Below, piece after piece: positions 8,710 through 19,409 of a stretch of 64,000 nt of DNA. The position numbers were made by a program, and so were the translations under genes. Location: positions 4,261 through 68,260 of the forward strand of contig CAZENL010000002.1 in the NCBI GenBank assembly GCA_964513505.1, written 5' to 3'. The first letter of the stretch is position 1, and the number at the start of each line of letters is the position of its first letter. Below the pieces are notes generated by a model. It saw only the letters and a list, made by a program, of their open reading frames with translations. It did not search any database and had not been told where the DNA came from. The DNA is from an uncultured Anaerolineaceae bacterium (GTDB lineage: Bacteria; Chloroflexota; Limnocylindria; Limnocylindrales; CSP1-4).

Positions 8710-10043
8710 ACAGCGGCCACGCGCTCGCTGACGGAGGGGGCCGGATCGGCGGTGGGGTCGAACGTGTACATGTCGCGTGTCGCGATGCGACGTAGGCCTG
8801 CGGCGGTCACGTTGTGTTCGGACAGACTGTCGAGGCCGGTGTGCGCCGCGATCAGGTCACAGCCATCCTCGATCGCCAGCCGGATGCGCTCGCGGATCAG
8901 CGCTCGCTGCAGCCCGCGGCCGCGGTACTCGGGCAGGACCGTGCCGGTCCGCATCAGGCCGACACGCCTGTGGGTGGAGAGCAGCCCGGTTGCCACCGGC
9001 CGTCCGTGCCTCTCGGCAAGGACCGCGTGGACGCCGCGGGAGGCCAGCAGGTACGGCATCAGGGCAGCGACTCGGTCCCGGTCGAAGCCCAGGCCGGCGA
9101 AGACCGTCGCAGCCACGCCGGTGAAGGCCGCGAAATCGTCCGGGCCCACCCGGCGGACCGTGAAGCCATCGGGCAGCTCCCCGATGGCCAGGACACCTTC
9201 TGGGAGACTCGCCACGTCCGCTGCCAGGACGGCCAGCTGGTATTCCGGCTGAGCGCCGGGCCACGGCGCTCGATCGATGCCGAAACTCCCGGCAACACCG
9301 TGGGATCGATAGAAGTCCAGTACACGCGGCAGCAGGTTGGGCAGCGTGCGCAGACCGAGCGCATGGTTGAAGACGGGCTCCTGGGCATCCGGCGCGCATG
9401 CCATGGCCAGCTCCTCATCCACGGAGACGTGGATGTCCACGCCACCGCTCGCGGCGGCCGCCCACAGGCGCGCGTCTGCCTTCAGCTCGGCGGCGTCGAT
9501 CCGGGCCAGGCGTTCCCAGGCATCCGCGTCGGAGCCATCGCCGAGCGGCAGCACCTGGATGGAATCGCCGGGCCGCACCTCACCGGGCACCACGACGCGC
9601 GCATACATGCGGCTGTCGTCCGGGAAGAGAACGCGGGAGATGCGCTTGAACTCGCCGCGGATGAAGTTCTGGCGCTGCGTCTCGCATGGGTTTGCGGGCG
9701 TGGTCAGCTCAAGGACCAGTTCCGATCCGACCTTGACCCGCGTCCCGCCAGGCAGTCGGGACCACTCCACGCCGGACGTGGTCAGGTTCTCGCCGACACC
9801 GCCGATCTCGGTCGGGTGGCCTTCCGCCTGCAGCCTCTCGATGGCCTCGATCGCGAACAGGCATACGGCGCGCAGGGGGCCGCCGTGGACCGTGTCTTCG
9901 CGGTGCCGGTCCCCGTCAAGGCCCAGTTCACCAACCCAGGCACGCTCGACCGGCAGCTTGGGCACACCGCCGTCGTTGAGGTTGACGCTGAGGACGCGGC
10001 CGGCACTCACCTGCCGGTCCTCGGGCTCGTGGTTTGCGGCCAA
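8706..10043 (-). CDS. MOSC domain protein fused to a C-terminal GNAT acetyltransferase
   Basis: The N-terminal MOSC beta-barrel region (VLSVNLNDGGVPKLPV...VHGGPLRAVCLF...ANPC) is followed by GNAT motifs in the C-terminal half (GLQRALIRERI). There is a 4-nt start/stop overlap with the downstream gene. Confidence 0.75.
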   Translation of the reverse strand: MAANHEPEDRQVSAGRVLSVNLNDGGVPKLPVERAWVGELGLDGDRHREDTVHGGPLRAVCLFAIEAIERLQAEGHPTEIGGVGENLTTSGVEWSRLPGGTRVKVGSELVLELTTPANPCETQRQNFIRGEFKRISRVLFPDDSRMYARVVVPGEVRPGDSIQVLPLGDGSDADAWERLARIDAAELKADARLWAAAASGGVDIHVSVDEELAMACAPDAQEPVFNHALGLRTLPNLLPRVLDFYRSHGVAGSFGIDRAPWPGAQPEYQLAVLAADVASLPEGVLAIGELPDGFTVRRVGPDDFAAFTGVAATVFAGLGFDRDRVAALMPYLLASRGVHAVLAERHGRPVATGLLSTHRRVGLMRTGTVLPEYRGRGLQRALIRERIRLAIEDGCDLIAAHTGLDSLSEHNVTAAGLRRIATRDMYTFDPTADPAPSVSERVAAV

Positions 10044-10073
10044 ATCATGTGCCGATCATATCGGCGTGCGCGG

Positions 10074-11267
10074 TCACTCCCGCGCCAGGCGCCCGAGCAG
10101 CAGGGGCATAGCCAGGGCGAGGAGGATGGCCCAGCTGACGGCATCGCTCGACAAGTGCGCAATGGATTCCGGCATGAGCAGCTCCGCGGCGGTGAACAGC
10201 AGCGCCAGCACCAGCCATGCCCATGCCAGAGGACGTGCCCGGCCGCGCGATGGCGGGACTGCCGTGGCCGCGAACGCGACCAGCGTGCCGACCATCGGGT
10301 CGTAGCCCAGCCCCGGTGCCGCCACGACGGGCGAAGCCGTCCCCAGCAGGCAGATCCCGAGCGCGAACGCCGCCGCGAGCTCCAGGCCACGATGCAGATT
10401 GGTGTCGCCGCGGGCTGCCAGGGACATCACCCAGGCACGCGTGAACCAGCTCAGGATCAGGCCACCCGCGAACCACCAGGCAGGAGGAAACACGACCGAC
10501 GCGGCAATCGCCACAACCACGGTCGCCGTGCGCTGCCAGAACGGAATGCCGAACCACCATGTCACGGAGCGCCATGTCCAGCCGATGTACGAGGGTTGGC
10601 GGGTCGCCTTGTCCAACAGGGCTTGTGTGCCCTTGGAGTCGGGGTTCAGCCGCAGCGCTTCGGTGAACTCCTGTGCCGCCGAAACGGGCTCGCCGCGGTT
10701 GAACAGGGCCAGTCCGAGGTTGTGGTGCAGGTAGGCCGCCGCTGGATCCTCGTGCAGGGCGTCGCCGATCGTGGCCTGCGCCTCTTTGGTTCGACCCTGG
10801 CCAATGAGCGCGACCGCCCGGGCATTGAGCGCATTCGGGCTCGCCGGAGCGCGGCGCAGCGCCTCGTCGCTCATTCGGAGCGACGCACGGTACTGAAACC
10901 GTCTGCGCTGGATCTCCGCCATGAGCACGTACGCTTCGGGGTCATTGGGATCCAGGCGAATCGCCTCGCCAGCCGACAGATCCGCCCGTTTCAGATCGCC
11001 CGCAGCCAACCAGGCCCGCGCCAGTATCCGGAAGCTGAAGGGCCTCGCCGGTGCCAGGCGAACACCCTCCTGCGCTTCGGCCACGGCTGCCTGGCTCTGG
11101 CCGACTCGCGCGTACGCGAAGGCCAGGAGCGAATGGGTGCGGGCATCTGAGGGAGCCTGAGCGAGCGCCTGTTGGAGCTCGGGAACGGCTCGTTCCGGTC
11201 GCCCCACGTCCAGCCAATGGGCGCCAGCCTCACGATGACTGACCGTGGGAGCTCCGGGCCGGCTCAT
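10074..11267 (-). CDS. TPR-repeat protein with a C-terminal polytopic membrane domain
   Basis: About 230 aa of N-terminal TPR repeats are followed by 5-6 hydrophobic helices (WWFGIPFWQ...LLALAMPLLLG). The ATG (MSRPG) overlaps the stop of the upstream AAA gene as ATGA at 11264-11267. Confidence 0.6.
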   Translation of the reverse strand: MSRPGAPTVSHREAGAHWLDVGRPERAVPELQQALAQAPSDARTHSLLAFAYARVGQSQAAVAEAQEGVRLAPARPFSFRILARAWLAAGDLKRADLSAGEAIRLDPNDPEAYVLMAEIQRRRFQYRASLRMSDEALRRAPASPNALNARAVALIGQGRTKEAQATIGDALHEDPAAAYLHHNLGLALFNRGEPVSAAQEFTEALRLNPDSKGTQALLDKATRQPSYIGWTWRSVTWWFGIPFWQRTATVVVAIAASVVFPPAWWFAGGLILSWFTRAWVMSLAARGDTNLHRGLELAAAFALGICLLGTASPVVAAPGLGYDPMVGTLVAFAATAVPPSRGRARPLAWAWLVLALLFTAAELLMPESIAHLSSDAVSWAILLALAMPLLLGRLARE

Positions 11268-12685
11268 TTCAGGTATGGGCGCACGGCGTCGTAGAAGCCT
11301 GTCTGGTTCTGGTAGCGGACGTAGTTGCGCACGTCCAGAAACCACTCCGTCGTCGTGGGTGTTATCTCCGCGGTGGCGGCCAGCAGGTCGTTCGTGGTGA
11401 TTGACCGGATGACGCCATCGCGCAGCGACTCGACCAGGAGGCGTTGCGCCGCTCGATCAATCACGGCCTTGAGGTCTGCGCCCGAGTAGCCGTTGGTCGC
11501 GTGGGCGATTCGGTTGAGGTCAGCCTCGGAGGCAGGCTTGTTACGGCAGAGCACGCTCAGGATCTCTGCCCGCGCAGCCGGGTCCGGCGGCGGCACGAAC
11601 ACGGCCTGACCGAAACGGCCGGGCCGCAGGAACGCCGGATCGAGGTGCCACGGGGCATTGGTGGCAGCGATGACCAGCAGGCCATCGTTGCGCGCTTCCA
11701 TGCCATCGAGCTCGGCCAGGAACTGGTTGATGACGGCGCGGCCGGCGGTGCTGCGGAAGTCCGCGCGATCCGCTGCCAGCGCGTCCACCTCGTCGAAGAA
11801 CATCACGGCGGGAGCGTGAGTTCGGGCGACCTCGAAGAGCCCATGCAGGTTGCGCTCGGAGGAGCCGATCCACATGTCCAGCACATCCGCGATGCCAACC
11901 GACATGAAGGAGGCGCCAATCTCACCGGCCGTCGCCCGGGCAAGGTGCGTCTTGCCGCAGCCTGGTGGCCCGAACAGAAGCACGCCTCCGCCCGCCGTCT
12001 GGCCGTAGGCGCGGTAGACGTCCGGATGGCTGGCGGGATAGATGATCTTGAGGCGTATCTCTTCCTTCAGGGCGTGCATGCCACCGACGTCGGCGAAGGT
12101 GATGCGCGGTCGCTCCAATGCCTCGGGTGGCTCAGGCGGGGCCAATCCTTCCAAGCCGACGGGGCCATGGGCGCGTTCCTTGGCGAGCGTCACGTCACGA
12201 TGCGCCAGAACACCTTCTGGATAACCGTCGGAGCCGATCTCGAACGCATCCGGCGGGCCGCGGCGGTCACGTTTGCCGGCCGATTCGAGTTGGACCGGCG
12301 CCACGTTCCAGGCGCCACTGATCGCGCGCGCCCGTAGCGCGAGTGCCTCCTCGGTTGGGGCCGCAGCCATGAGGTCCTCGAGGACTGCCAGCGCGGCTGC
12401 GCTGTCGCCCGCGTCAATGAGCAGACGCGCAAGTCCCAGGCGTGATTCGTCGTCGGCCGGGTCGAGCGCTACCGCGGCCCGAAAGTGCTCGTGCGCCTCG
12501 TCCGCCATGCCGGCCGCCGCCAGCCGCTGCGCCAGCAGCCGATGCACACCGGCGTCGTCTGGGGCCATGCGGGTTGCGGCTCTCAGGCCTTGGATCGCCT
12601 TTTCGTCGTCACGCACCGGCTGCCCTCCCCGAACTGGACCACGTGCCGAGTATCGGGACCGGGCGCCGACGGGGCTGCCCACCAA
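11264..12685 (-). CDS. AAA+ ATPase (CDC48/FtsH-type single AAA module) with an N-terminal TPR region
   Basis: Contains Walker A (GPPGCGKT), Walker B (VMFFDEVD) and a second region of homology (ATNAPWHLDPAFLRPGRF). N-terminal TPR-like helices are present. The start is uncertain (M1 or M40). Confidence 0.8.
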   Translation of the reverse strand: MVGSPVGARSRYSARGPVRGGQPVRDDEKAIQGLRAATRMAPDDAGVHRLLAQRLAAAGMADEAHEHFRAAVALDPADDESRLGLARLLIDAGDSAAALAVLEDLMAAAPTEEALALRARAISGAWNVAPVQLESAGKRDRRGPPDAFEIGSDGYPEGVLAHRDVTLAKERAHGPVGLEGLAPPEPPEALERPRITFADVGGMHALKEEIRLKIIYPASHPDVYRAYGQTAGGGVLLFGPPGCGKTHLARATAGEIGASFMSVGIADVLDMWIGSSERNLHGLFEVARTHAPAVMFFDEVDALAADRADFRSTAGRAVINQFLAELDGMEARNDGLLVIAATNAPWHLDPAFLRPGRFGQAVFVPPPDPAARAEILSVLCRNKPASEADLNRIAHATNGYSGADLKAVIDRAAQRLLVESLRDGVIRSITTNDLLAATAEITPTTTEWFLDVRNYVRYQNQTGFYDAVRPYLK

Positions 12686-12739
12686 AGGTCATGCGGCACC
12701 CGTGGCCCCTGCGCGGCCACTCCGCACTGAGGGGGCGCT

Positions 12740-14377
12740 CTACATCCGGAAGACACCGAACTTCGTGTCATCGATGGGTGCGTTGAGCGACGCAGAGATG
12801 GCCAGCGCCAGCACCTCCCGCGTCTGCGCCGGGTCGATCACGCCGTCGTCCCAGAGGCGGGCCGTGGAGTAGTAGGGATTGCCCTCGCGCTCGTACTTCT
12901 CCAGGATCGGCGCCTCCCAGGCCGCGCGCTCCTCCGGAGAGCTCCACTCGCCACGGACCGTGGACAGCACGGTGGCCGCCTGCTGGCCGCCCATCACGCT
13001 GATCCGCGCATTCGGCCACATCCACAGCCCGCGGCTGCCGTACGCGCGGCCGGCCATGCCGTAGTTGCCGGCCCCGAAGGAGCCGCCGATGATCACCGTG
13101 AACTTGGGCACGGCCGCGCAGGAGACGGCGGTCACCAGTTTGGCGCCGTCCTTGGCAATGCCGCCGGCTTCGTACTCGCGACCGACCATGAAGCCGGTGA
13201 TGTTCTGGAGGAAGACCAGCGGCACCTTGCGCTCGCAGGCGAGCTCGATGAAGTGGGCACCTTTCAGGGCGCTCTGGCTGAAGAGGACGCCATTGCTCGC
13301 CAGGATGCCGACGGGGAATCCGTCGATGGCGGCGAAGCCCGTGACCAGCGTCTCCCCGTAGGCCGGCTTGAACTCGTGGAATTCCGACGCGTCCACGATT
13401 CGGGCGATGACCTCGCGGACGTCGTAGCCCTTGCGCAGATCCACCGAAGCGGCTCCGTACATCCCGGTCGGGTCCTCCGCAGCGAGCATTGCATCCTCTC
13501 GATCCGGGGTCGCCACGGACGGCGGCCGCGACGCGCTCCGGATCCACGGCAATTCGGGCTTCTTCCAGGCCAGGCTGCCAACGATCTCCCGCCCGAGCGC
13601 CAGCGCGTGCTCGTCGTCGAGGGCCTCGTAGTCGGCGACGCCGCTGATCCGGGCGTGGACCGCGGCACCACCCAGGTCCTCGGCGCTCACCTCTTCCCCG
13701 GTGGCCGCTTTGACCAGCGGCGGCCCACCCAGGAAGATCGTGCCGGTGCCGCGGACGATGACGGTCTCGTCGCTCATCGCGGGCACGTAGGCGCCACCGG
13801 CCGTGCAGGAGCCCATGACCAGCGCGACCTGCGGAATGCCGCGCGCCGACATCTGGGCCTGGTTGTAGAAGATCCGGCCGAAGTGGTCGCGGTCCGGGAA
13901 AACCTCGTCCTGGAGCGGCAGGAACGCACCGCCGGAGTCGACCAGGTAGATGCACGGCACACGGTCGGCCAGGGCAATCTCCTGCGCCCGCAGGTGCTTC
14001 TTCACGGTCATCGGGTAGTAGGTGCCGCCCTTCACCGTCGCGTCGTTGGCGACGATCACGCATTCCACGCCCTTCACCGTGCCGATGCCGGTGACGATTC
14101 CGGCGCCGGGCGCTTCGTTGTCATAGAGGCCGTTGGCGGCCAGGGGGCTCAGTTCCAGGAACGGCGAGCCCGGGTCCAGCAGCCGGTCGACGCGTTCCCG
14201 CACCGGCAACTTGCCGCGTTCCACGTGGCGTGCCACGGAACGAGCGTCTCCCGCCGCGCCGCGCTCAGTTAACGCGTTCGTCCTCGACCGGAGATCCGCC
14301 ACGAGAGCGCGCATCGCGGCGGCGTTGGCTCGCACCTCCGGGCTGGCGGGGTCGACGCGGGTTCGCAACACGGCCAT
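12740..14377 (-). CDS. liuB: Methylcrotonyl-CoA carboxylase beta subunit (carboxyltransferase)
   Basis: Carboxyltransferase N and C domains are present ([11 protein letters not shown], acetyl-CoA carboxylase beta-like). The start at M41 (MAVLRTRV) was chosen from homology; upstream codons are antisense to the PadR promoter region. Confidence 0.9.
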   Translation of the reverse strand: MAVLRTRVDPASPEVRANAAAMRALVADLRSRTNALTERGAAGDARSVARHVERGKLPVRERVDRLLDPGSPFLELSPLAANGLYDNEAPGAGIVTGIGTVKGVECVIVANDATVKGGTYYPMTVKKHLRAQEIALADRVPCIYLVDSGGAFLPLQDEVFPDRDHFGRIFYNQAQMSARGIPQVALVMGSCTAGGAYVPAMSDETVIVRGTGTIFLGGPPLVKAATGEEVSAEDLGGAAVHARISGVADYEALDDEHALALGREIVGSLAWKKPELPWIRSASRPPSVATPDREDAMLAAEDPTGMYGAASVDLRKGYDVREVIARIVDASEFHEFKPAYGETLVTGFAAIDGFPVGILASNGVLFSQSALKGAHFIELACERKVPLVFLQNITGFMVGREYEAGGIAKDGAKLVTAVSCAAVPKFTVIIGGSFGAGNYGMAGRAYGSRGLWMWPNARISVMGGQQAATVLSTVRGEWSSPEERAAWEAPILEKYEREGNPYYSTARLWDDGVIDPAQTREVLALAISASLNAPIDDTKFGVFRM

Positions 14378-14404
14378 GGGCGGATGGTAGCGACCGCTCG
14401 GTTC

Positions 14405-14432
14405 TTGACAGGTGGGAGATAGCGATATATCG
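14405..14432 (+). promoter_or_regulatory. Candidate PadR promoter/operator: TTGACA-15-TATATC overlapping a perfect 10-bp palindrome CGATATATCG, in the only AT-rich intergenic stretch
   Basis: Positions derived from ORF-frame arithmetic. GATAG is repeated three times just downstream. About 55 nt upstream of the PadR ATG, in the divergent liuB/padR region. Confidence 0.35.
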
Positions 14433-14486
14433 TGACAGTGCGCCGATAGAACGACAGATAGTCGGCAGGCGCAATTCAAGGAGGAC

Positions 14487-15203
14487 ATGGTGTTCAACCA
14501 CCATCACAACGAACCCGGCCGAGGGCGGCGCGAGCGTCGCCACGACCCGGATCACGATATGGGAGCCGAGCACGAGCATCGGCGTGGCCGCGGCCCGGGT
14601 CCCGACCGCGGCGGCTGGCAGTGGCGCGCGTTTGGCCCCGGCGCCGGACGCGGCATGGCCAGCGCGTTCGGACGCGGACCGGTGGCGCGTCGCGGCGATG
14701 TCCGCACGGCCATCCTGGCATTGCTGGCGGAGAGCCCGATGCACGGGTACCAGGTCATGCAGGAGCTGCGGGACCGCAGCGGCGGCGCGTGGGCCCCGAG
14801 CGCCGGTTCCATCTACCCCACGCTGCAGCAGCTCGAGGACGAGGGCCTGGTCCGCGTCGAGGAGCGCGATGGTCGGCGGGTATTCACGCTGACGGAGCCC
14901 GGGCGAGTGGAGGCGACGGCCGCCAAGCCGGGTGCGCACTGGGACGTGAACCGGGGCCGCGAGGGAGCCGACCTCCGTGGCCTGATCGCCCAGGTCGCGC
15001 AGGCGTCAGTGCAGGTGTTTCAGGTTGGCAGCCCGGCGGCCATCGCCGAGGCCGAGCGCATCCTGACCGCCACGCGCCGGAGTCTCTATCAGCTCCTGGC
15101 GGGCGACGATGAGAAGAGCCCAACCGACGCGACAGGAAATCCAACCACGGTGACTGAGCCGTCTGACGGGTCCGACCAGGCCTCGCGGGAGGCGAACGCC
15201 TAG
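14487..15203 (+). CDS. PadR-family transcriptional regulator with an Arg/His-rich N-terminal extension
   Basis: The winged-helix PadR core is [22 protein letters not shown]...[16 protein letters not shown]. An AAGGAGG Shine-Dalgarno precedes the ATG. It lies divergent from liuB. Confidence 0.8.
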   Translation: MVFNHHHNEPGRGRRERRHDPDHDMGAEHEHRRGRGPGPDRGGWQWRAFGPGAGRGMASAFGRGPVARRGDVRTAILALLAESPMHGYQVMQELRDRSGGAWAPSAGSIYPTLQQLEDEGLVRVEERDGRRVFTLTEPGRVEATAAKPGAHWDVNRGREGADLRGLIAQVAQASVQVFQVGSPAAIAEAERILTATRRSLYQLLAGDDEKSPTDATGNPTTVTEPSDGSDQASREANA

Positions 15204-17317
15204 CGGTCGCCCGAGGCGAGCTCCGGGTCGGAAGACTCACCGGGCCGGTCGCCGCCCGTGCGGGCGGGCCGGTAGCGGAAGTAGGCCCAGGTGCCGAATG
15301 AGACGATGCCAAAGGTGACCAGAAACACGATGCCGACGAGCATCGGCGCCTGGCTGTCGTTGGAGAGGTAGCCGTTGGCGGGATCGACCAGGATCAGCAG
15401 GTAGCCGAAGATCGCCAGCGCAAACAGCGGGAACCAGAGGCTTCGCCGCCACGCGAACAGCGGATGCCCAGGCAGGAAGCGCATCGGGAGCAGCCCGATC
15501 ACCAGCGCTTCGATACCGGCCACCACGAACGTGGCCAGGATCGTCTGGATGAACAGCTGCAACGTGGCGTCGCCGCCCATCTGGCGGGCGATTCCCAGCA
15601 GGATCCAGGCCACGAAGCTGAGCGCGAGTAGCCACAGCGAGGCCAGCCAGGTGCCCAGGCCCTCGTCGCGCAGGCTGATCTCGGTGACGAAGACGATCGA
15701 GATGATCAGCCCATACAGATAGCCCGGCTGGAAGCCGGACAGGCGCGAAATGAGCACGCACACGATCGCGATGAGCAGCGTCCACCAGAGTGCCCGAAGC
15801 ACGCCGGCGTCCTGCTTCTTGGTTCGTCGGCGGTGGTACACGCGCAGCGGCAGGTCGAACGCGGCCGTGATGAAGCTCAAGCCCACGACCAGGCCAAGGA
15901 ACAGGATCAGTGAGTTGGAGTTGAGGCCGAAGGCAGGGCTGAGGAAGCCGTAGACCAAGGCGCTCAGGAGCAGGAACAGCCAGACCCCGGTCGAGCCGGT
16001 CATCGCCGCTCCCAGCCAGCCGACCACGGGCTTCAGCGGACCGACGGCGACCCGCGAGACCAGGTCATGCCAGCGCTTGCGCAGCTTCGCGAACCAGCCC
16101 TGGATCTCTCCGTAGTTGGCCTCGACGGTCTTGTTGAAGAGCGTGCCGGGGAATGGGATGAGGAACGCCACGAGGAGCGCCAGGAAGGCGCTCGTGCCCA
16201 CCGTTCCCAGGCTGTGGAGCGTGCCGTCGGCGCCCGGGTCGCGCAGGTACTGCGGCCAGAACGTTGGCGTCGCCGTGGCCTGCGGTGTCGGGCCAGGAGT
16301 CGGCCCAGGCGGCACCACGGTTGCAACGGTCGGCCCGGGGGTCGCGGTCGGCTCGGCCGTGACCTGCGGCGCGGAACCGGCTGTCTGGGCAGGCGTGGCC
16401 GTCGGAGCCGGCGTAACCGGCGGCTCGGGTGTGACGACCGGACTGGGGCTCGGCTCCGGCGACGGGCTCGGTGCCGGCGCAGGCGTCAGCGTCGGGCTCG
16501 GAGTGGGGCTCGGAGTGGGGCTCGGAGTCGGAGTCGGAGTCGGGGTCGGCGTCGGCTGCGGCGTGGGCCGAGGCGTCGGACGCGGGGTCGGACGTGGAGT
16601 TGGTCGAGGCGTTGGCTGGGGTGTCGGCTGGGGTGTCGGCCGCGGGGTCGGGCGTGGAGTTGGCCGAGGTGTGGGGCGCGGGGTGCGCGTTGGTGTCGGA
16701 GTGGGCGTGGGAGTCGGAGTAGGCGTCGGGGTAGGTGTAGGTGTCGGAGTTGGGGTGGGCGTAGGTGTAGGTGTCGGCGTGGGACTCGGCGTGGGACTCG
16801 GCGTCGGACTCGGCGTGGGACTCGGCGTGGGACTCGGCGTGGGACTCGGCGTCGGGCTCGGGCTCGGCGACGGGGTCGGCGTAGGAGCGGCGCTGACCGT
16901 GAACTGCGCCTGCGCCTGTTGCTGTGGCCCGGTTCCGCACGTAACCACACCATTCGCCGCCACCATTTCGCAGGCGATGACCGTATGCGGCCCGGTCGCG
17001 GCGCCCGCGGGAACCTGCACCGTCACGGGGCCGAATGTGCCGTCGAGAGCCACCGGCGTTGGTGCGCCCAGCTGCGTGGCGGTCGTATCCCAGAAGATCG
17101 AGACGGACGCCGGCGCAGAGAAGCCCGGCGCAAATCCTGTGCCAGAGACGTCGAAGGATGAGCCCGCCAACCCGGTGCTCGGCGTCAGGGCGACTTGGGC
17201 GACCGTTCCGGCCAGAATTGTCCCGACGGCCGTTGTCAGGAAGACGAACGCCAGCGCTGCCACGACGGAATTGCGCCGCCATCGGCGCCACTGTTCGCTA
17301 TTGACCCCTCGAAACAC
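15200..17317 (-). CDS. Large membrane protein: signal peptide, extracellular domain, ~200-aa Pro/Thr/Ser linker, and C-terminal polytopic membrane domain
   Basis: GTG start. The N-terminal signal/TM region is followed by an (PTPS/PTPRPT)n linker from tandem repeats, then about 8 hydrophobic helices. The reading frame is supported by the ordered domain architecture, but alternative frames across the repeat are also open. Confidence 0.55.
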   Translation of the reverse strand: MFRGVNSEQWRRWRRNSVVAALAFVFLTTAVGTILAGTVAQVALTPSTGLAGSSFDVSGTGFAPGFSAPASVSIFWDTTATQLGAPTPVALDGTFGPVTVQVPAGAATGPHTVIACEMVAANGVVTCGTGPQQQAQAQFTVSAAPTPTPSPSPSPTPSPTPSPTPSPTPSPTPSPTPSPTPTPTPTPTPTPTPTPTPTPTPTPTPTPTPTRTPRPTPRPTPRPTPRPTPQPTPQPTPRPTPRPTPRPTPRPTPQPTPTPTPTPTPSPTPSPTPSPTLTPAPAPSPSPEPSPSPVVTPEPPVTPAPTATPAQTAGSAPQVTAEPTATPGPTVATVVPPGPTPGPTPQATATPTFWPQYLRDPGADGTLHSLGTVGTSAFLALLVAFLIPFPGTLFNKTVEANYGEIQGWFAKLRKRWHDLVSRVAVGPLKPVVGWLGAAMTGSTGVWLFLLLSALVYGFLSPAFGLNSNSLILFLGLVVGLSFITAAFDLPLRVYHRRRTKKQDAGVLRALWWTLLIAIVCVLISRLSGFQPGYLYGLIISIVFVTEISLRDEGLGTWLASLWLLALSFVAWILLGIARQMGGDATLQLFIQTILATFVVAGIEALVIGLLPMRFLPGHPLFAWRRSLWFPLFALAIFGYLLILVDPANGYLSNDSQAPMLVGIVFLVTFGIVSFGTWAYFRYRPARTGGDRPGESSDPELASGDR
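16480..16900. repeat. Tandem degenerate GC-rich repeats (units such as GGCGTGGGACTCGGC, GGTGTAGGTGTC) encoding the Pro/Thr linker
   Basis: About 420 nt of short-period direct repeats on the + strand, with multiple near-identical 15-nt units in tandem. Confidence 0.8.
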
Positions 17318-17456
17318 GCTGACTTCCCCTCGTGAGCCGGCTTGTGCCTCGCCGGAGGCGGCATGGTGACATGCCGCGGGCCACGTGGGAAGTCTTGGCT
17401 TGGTTGAGGGTGCGCTCCGGTGCGGTTGCGAGCGGACGCGGGCGTTCCGCCGCGGC

Positions 17457-18275
17457 TCAGCGGCTTAGTCGGGGTGCTCCGGCGAACGAGACGCGGCCGC
17501 GTGCGAGCAATGTGCCGATGCCCTCGGGACCGAGCGCCTTGCTGTAGAGGAAGCCCTGGGCCAGATCGCAGCCGAGAGCTGCCAGGCGGCGAGCCTGATC
17601 GCGCGTCTCGACGCCCTTGCCGGTGGTGGTCAGGTTGCGCGCCCTGGCGATGGCCAGCAGCGATTCCGCGAACGCGACGTCCTCGGGAGGCCCTGCAGCC
17701 AGCGCGGTGAATGAGCTGTGCAGCTTCAGGGCGTTGACCGGCAGGCGGCGGACGTCCTCCAGGGTGGTGCCGGCGCCGAAGTCCTCCATCGCCAGGTTGA
17801 CGCCGAGGTCGCGCAATTCCAGCGTGGTGTCCAGGTAGTCGGCGCAACCGGGGGAGAGCTCGAAGGTAATGGAGACGGGCGAGATCTCCGCCTGGTCCAG
17901 GGTCGCCTCGACGAACGCGGCGAAATCCGGACGGGCCAGCTCCGGCGGCGAGATGTTGATGTTCATGCCCAGCCCCTGCATACGGGCGAAGCCCAGGTGC
18001 CAGGTGCGGAGCTGCCGAGCGGCCGTTTCCAGCACTCGCTTGCCGATGGGCACGATCAGGCCCGACTCTTCCGCAAGCGGCAGATAGTCGGCGGGCGGGA
18101 TGGTGCCGAGCAGCGGATGCCGCCAGCGCTGGAGCGCCTCCACGGCGGCGATGGCGCCCGTCTGGAGATCGATGATCGGCTGGTACTCCAGCCCGATCTC
18201 GTTGCGTTCGACGGCTCGCTCAAGGTCTTTGCCCAGATCGACCTGAGGGCGAGGCTGTCGGGTACGGACTTGCAT
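17457..18275 (-). CDS. Stand-alone EAL-domain protein (c-di-GMP phosphodiesterase-like)
   Basis: EAL motifs are present (QPIIDL, DDFGAG-type [14 protein letters not shown]). There is no GGDEF or sensor domain. Confidence 0.8.
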   Translation of the reverse strand: MQVRTRQPRPQVDLGKDLERAVERNEIGLEYQPIIDLQTGAIAAVEALQRWRHPLLGTIPPADYLPLAEESGLIVPIGKRVLETAARQLRTWHLGFARMQGLGMNINISPPELARPDFAAFVEATLDQAEISPVSITFELSPGCADYLDTTLELRDLGVNLAMEDFGAGTTLEDVRRLPVNALKLHSSFTALAAGPPEDVAFAESLLAIARARNLTTTGKGVETRDQARRLAALGCDLAQGFLYSKALGPEGIGTLLARGRVSFAGAPRLSR

Positions 18276-18336
18276 GCCGCGACCCTATCAGTCACGGTCG
18301 CGGAGCGGTACCGGTACTGACGGCCTATTACGAAGT

Positions 18337-18356
18337 CATTGGACCCTTGACCAATG
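18337..18356. promoter_or_regulatory. Inverted repeat CATTGG-N8-CCAATG (plus GTACCGGTAC palindrome at 18308-18317) in the divergent EAL/pdxS intergenic region
   Basis: Perfect 6-bp arms; position from ORF-frame arithmetic. Confidence 0.2.
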
Positions 18357-18477
18357 TGGCGAGCGGTTCATCCAAGACCAGCACGGAGCCCGTGCGATAA
18401 TCGGCGCCCACCCAGTCCCAGGCCGCGGGCCGCGCCATTCGCGCAACCCCAGCCAACCTCCGAAGGCAGCACCGACC

Positions 18478-19365
18478 GTGACCGTCCAGACATCCACCTG
18501 GGCCACCAAGACGGGCCTCGCCCAGATGCTCAAGGGCGGCGTCATCATGGACGTCGTCACCCCGGACCAGGCGAAGGTCGCCGAGGACGCAGGCGCCGTC
18601 GCGGTGATGGCGCTCGAGCGGGTCCCGGCCGATATTCGTGCCGCCGGCGGCGTCGCGCGCATGAGCGACCCCTCCATGATCGAGGGGATCATGGCCGCGG
18701 TCACGATCCCGGTGATGGCCAAGGCGCGCATCGGCCACTTCGTCGAGGCACAGGTCCTGGAGGCGCTGGGCGTCGACTACATCGACGAGTCCGAGGTGCT
18801 CACACCGGCCGACGAGGTCAACCATATCGACAAGCACGCCTTCAAGGTGCCCTTCGTCTGCGGCTGCCGGGATCTGGGCGAAGCGCTCCGCCGCATCAAC
18901 GAGGGCGCGGCCATGATCCGGACCAAGGGAGAGGCGGGGACCGGCAACATCGTGGAAGCCGTGCGCCACATCCGCGCGCTTCAGTCGGGCATCCGTGCCC
19001 TGCAGGCGATGCGCCCGGACGAGCTGTTCGTGGCGGCCAAGGAGCTTCAGGCACCGTACGAGCTGGTCAAGAGCGTTGCCGAGGCCGGAAGGTTGCCGGT
19101 CGTCAACTTCGTGGCCGGCGGGATCGCCATCCCGGCCGACGCGGCGCTGGCCATGCAGCTCGGTGCCGAGGGTGTGTTCGTCGGCTCGGGCATCTTCAAG
19201 TCGGAGGATCCGGCCCGCACGGCTCGTGCGATCGTCCAGGCCACGACTCACTTCGACGACCCGAAGATCATCGCCGAGGTGTCCAAGGGACTTGGCGCAC
19301 CGATGCGCGGAATCGCCATGGAACAGATCCCAGAGGGTGAGCGGCTGGCCGTTCGAGGCTGGTAG
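18478..19365 (+). CDS. pdxS: Pyridoxal 5'-phosphate synthase lyase subunit PdxS
   Basis: Near-identical to the conserved PdxS core ([11 protein letters not shown]...[21 protein letters not shown]...GSGIFKS). GTG start chosen so the N-terminus aligns with PdxS; the ORF-track extension from 18274 is spurious. Confidence 0.92.
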   Translation: MTVQTSTWATKTGLAQMLKGGVIMDVVTPDQAKVAEDAGAVAVMALERVPADIRAAGGVARMSDPSMIEGIMAAVTIPVMAKARIGHFVEAQVLEALGVDYIDESEVLTPADEVNHIDKHAFKVPFVCGCRDLGEALRRINEGAAMIRTKGEAGTGNIVEAVRHIRALQSGIRALQAMRPDELFVAAKELQAPYELVKSVAEAGRLPVVNFVAGGIAIPADAALAMQLGAEGVFVGSGIFKSEDPARTARAIVQATTHFDDPKIIAEVSKGLGAPMRGIAMEQIPEGERLAVRGW

Positions 19366-19409
19366 CCACGAGAAGCCGCGCACCTGCCGCGTCCAACGGC
19401 GGTGACCCC

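Noticed and set aside
8814-11150. 778-aa + ORF
   Set aside because: It is antisense to three independent minus-strand genes (MOSC-GNAT, TPR-membrane, TPR-AAA), has no domain and is extremely Arg/Gly/Gln-biased.
16480-16900. Possible CRISPR array
   Set aside because: The repeats are contiguous with no spacers and are coding (the Pro/Thr linker). No cas genes are present.
16065-17369. 408-aa - and 417-aa + ORFs across the Pro/Thr repeat
   Set aside because: They are alternative frames of the tandem repeat (poly-Arg-Gly or poly-Gly-Val). The ordered signal/linker/TM architecture supports only the 15200..17317 frame.
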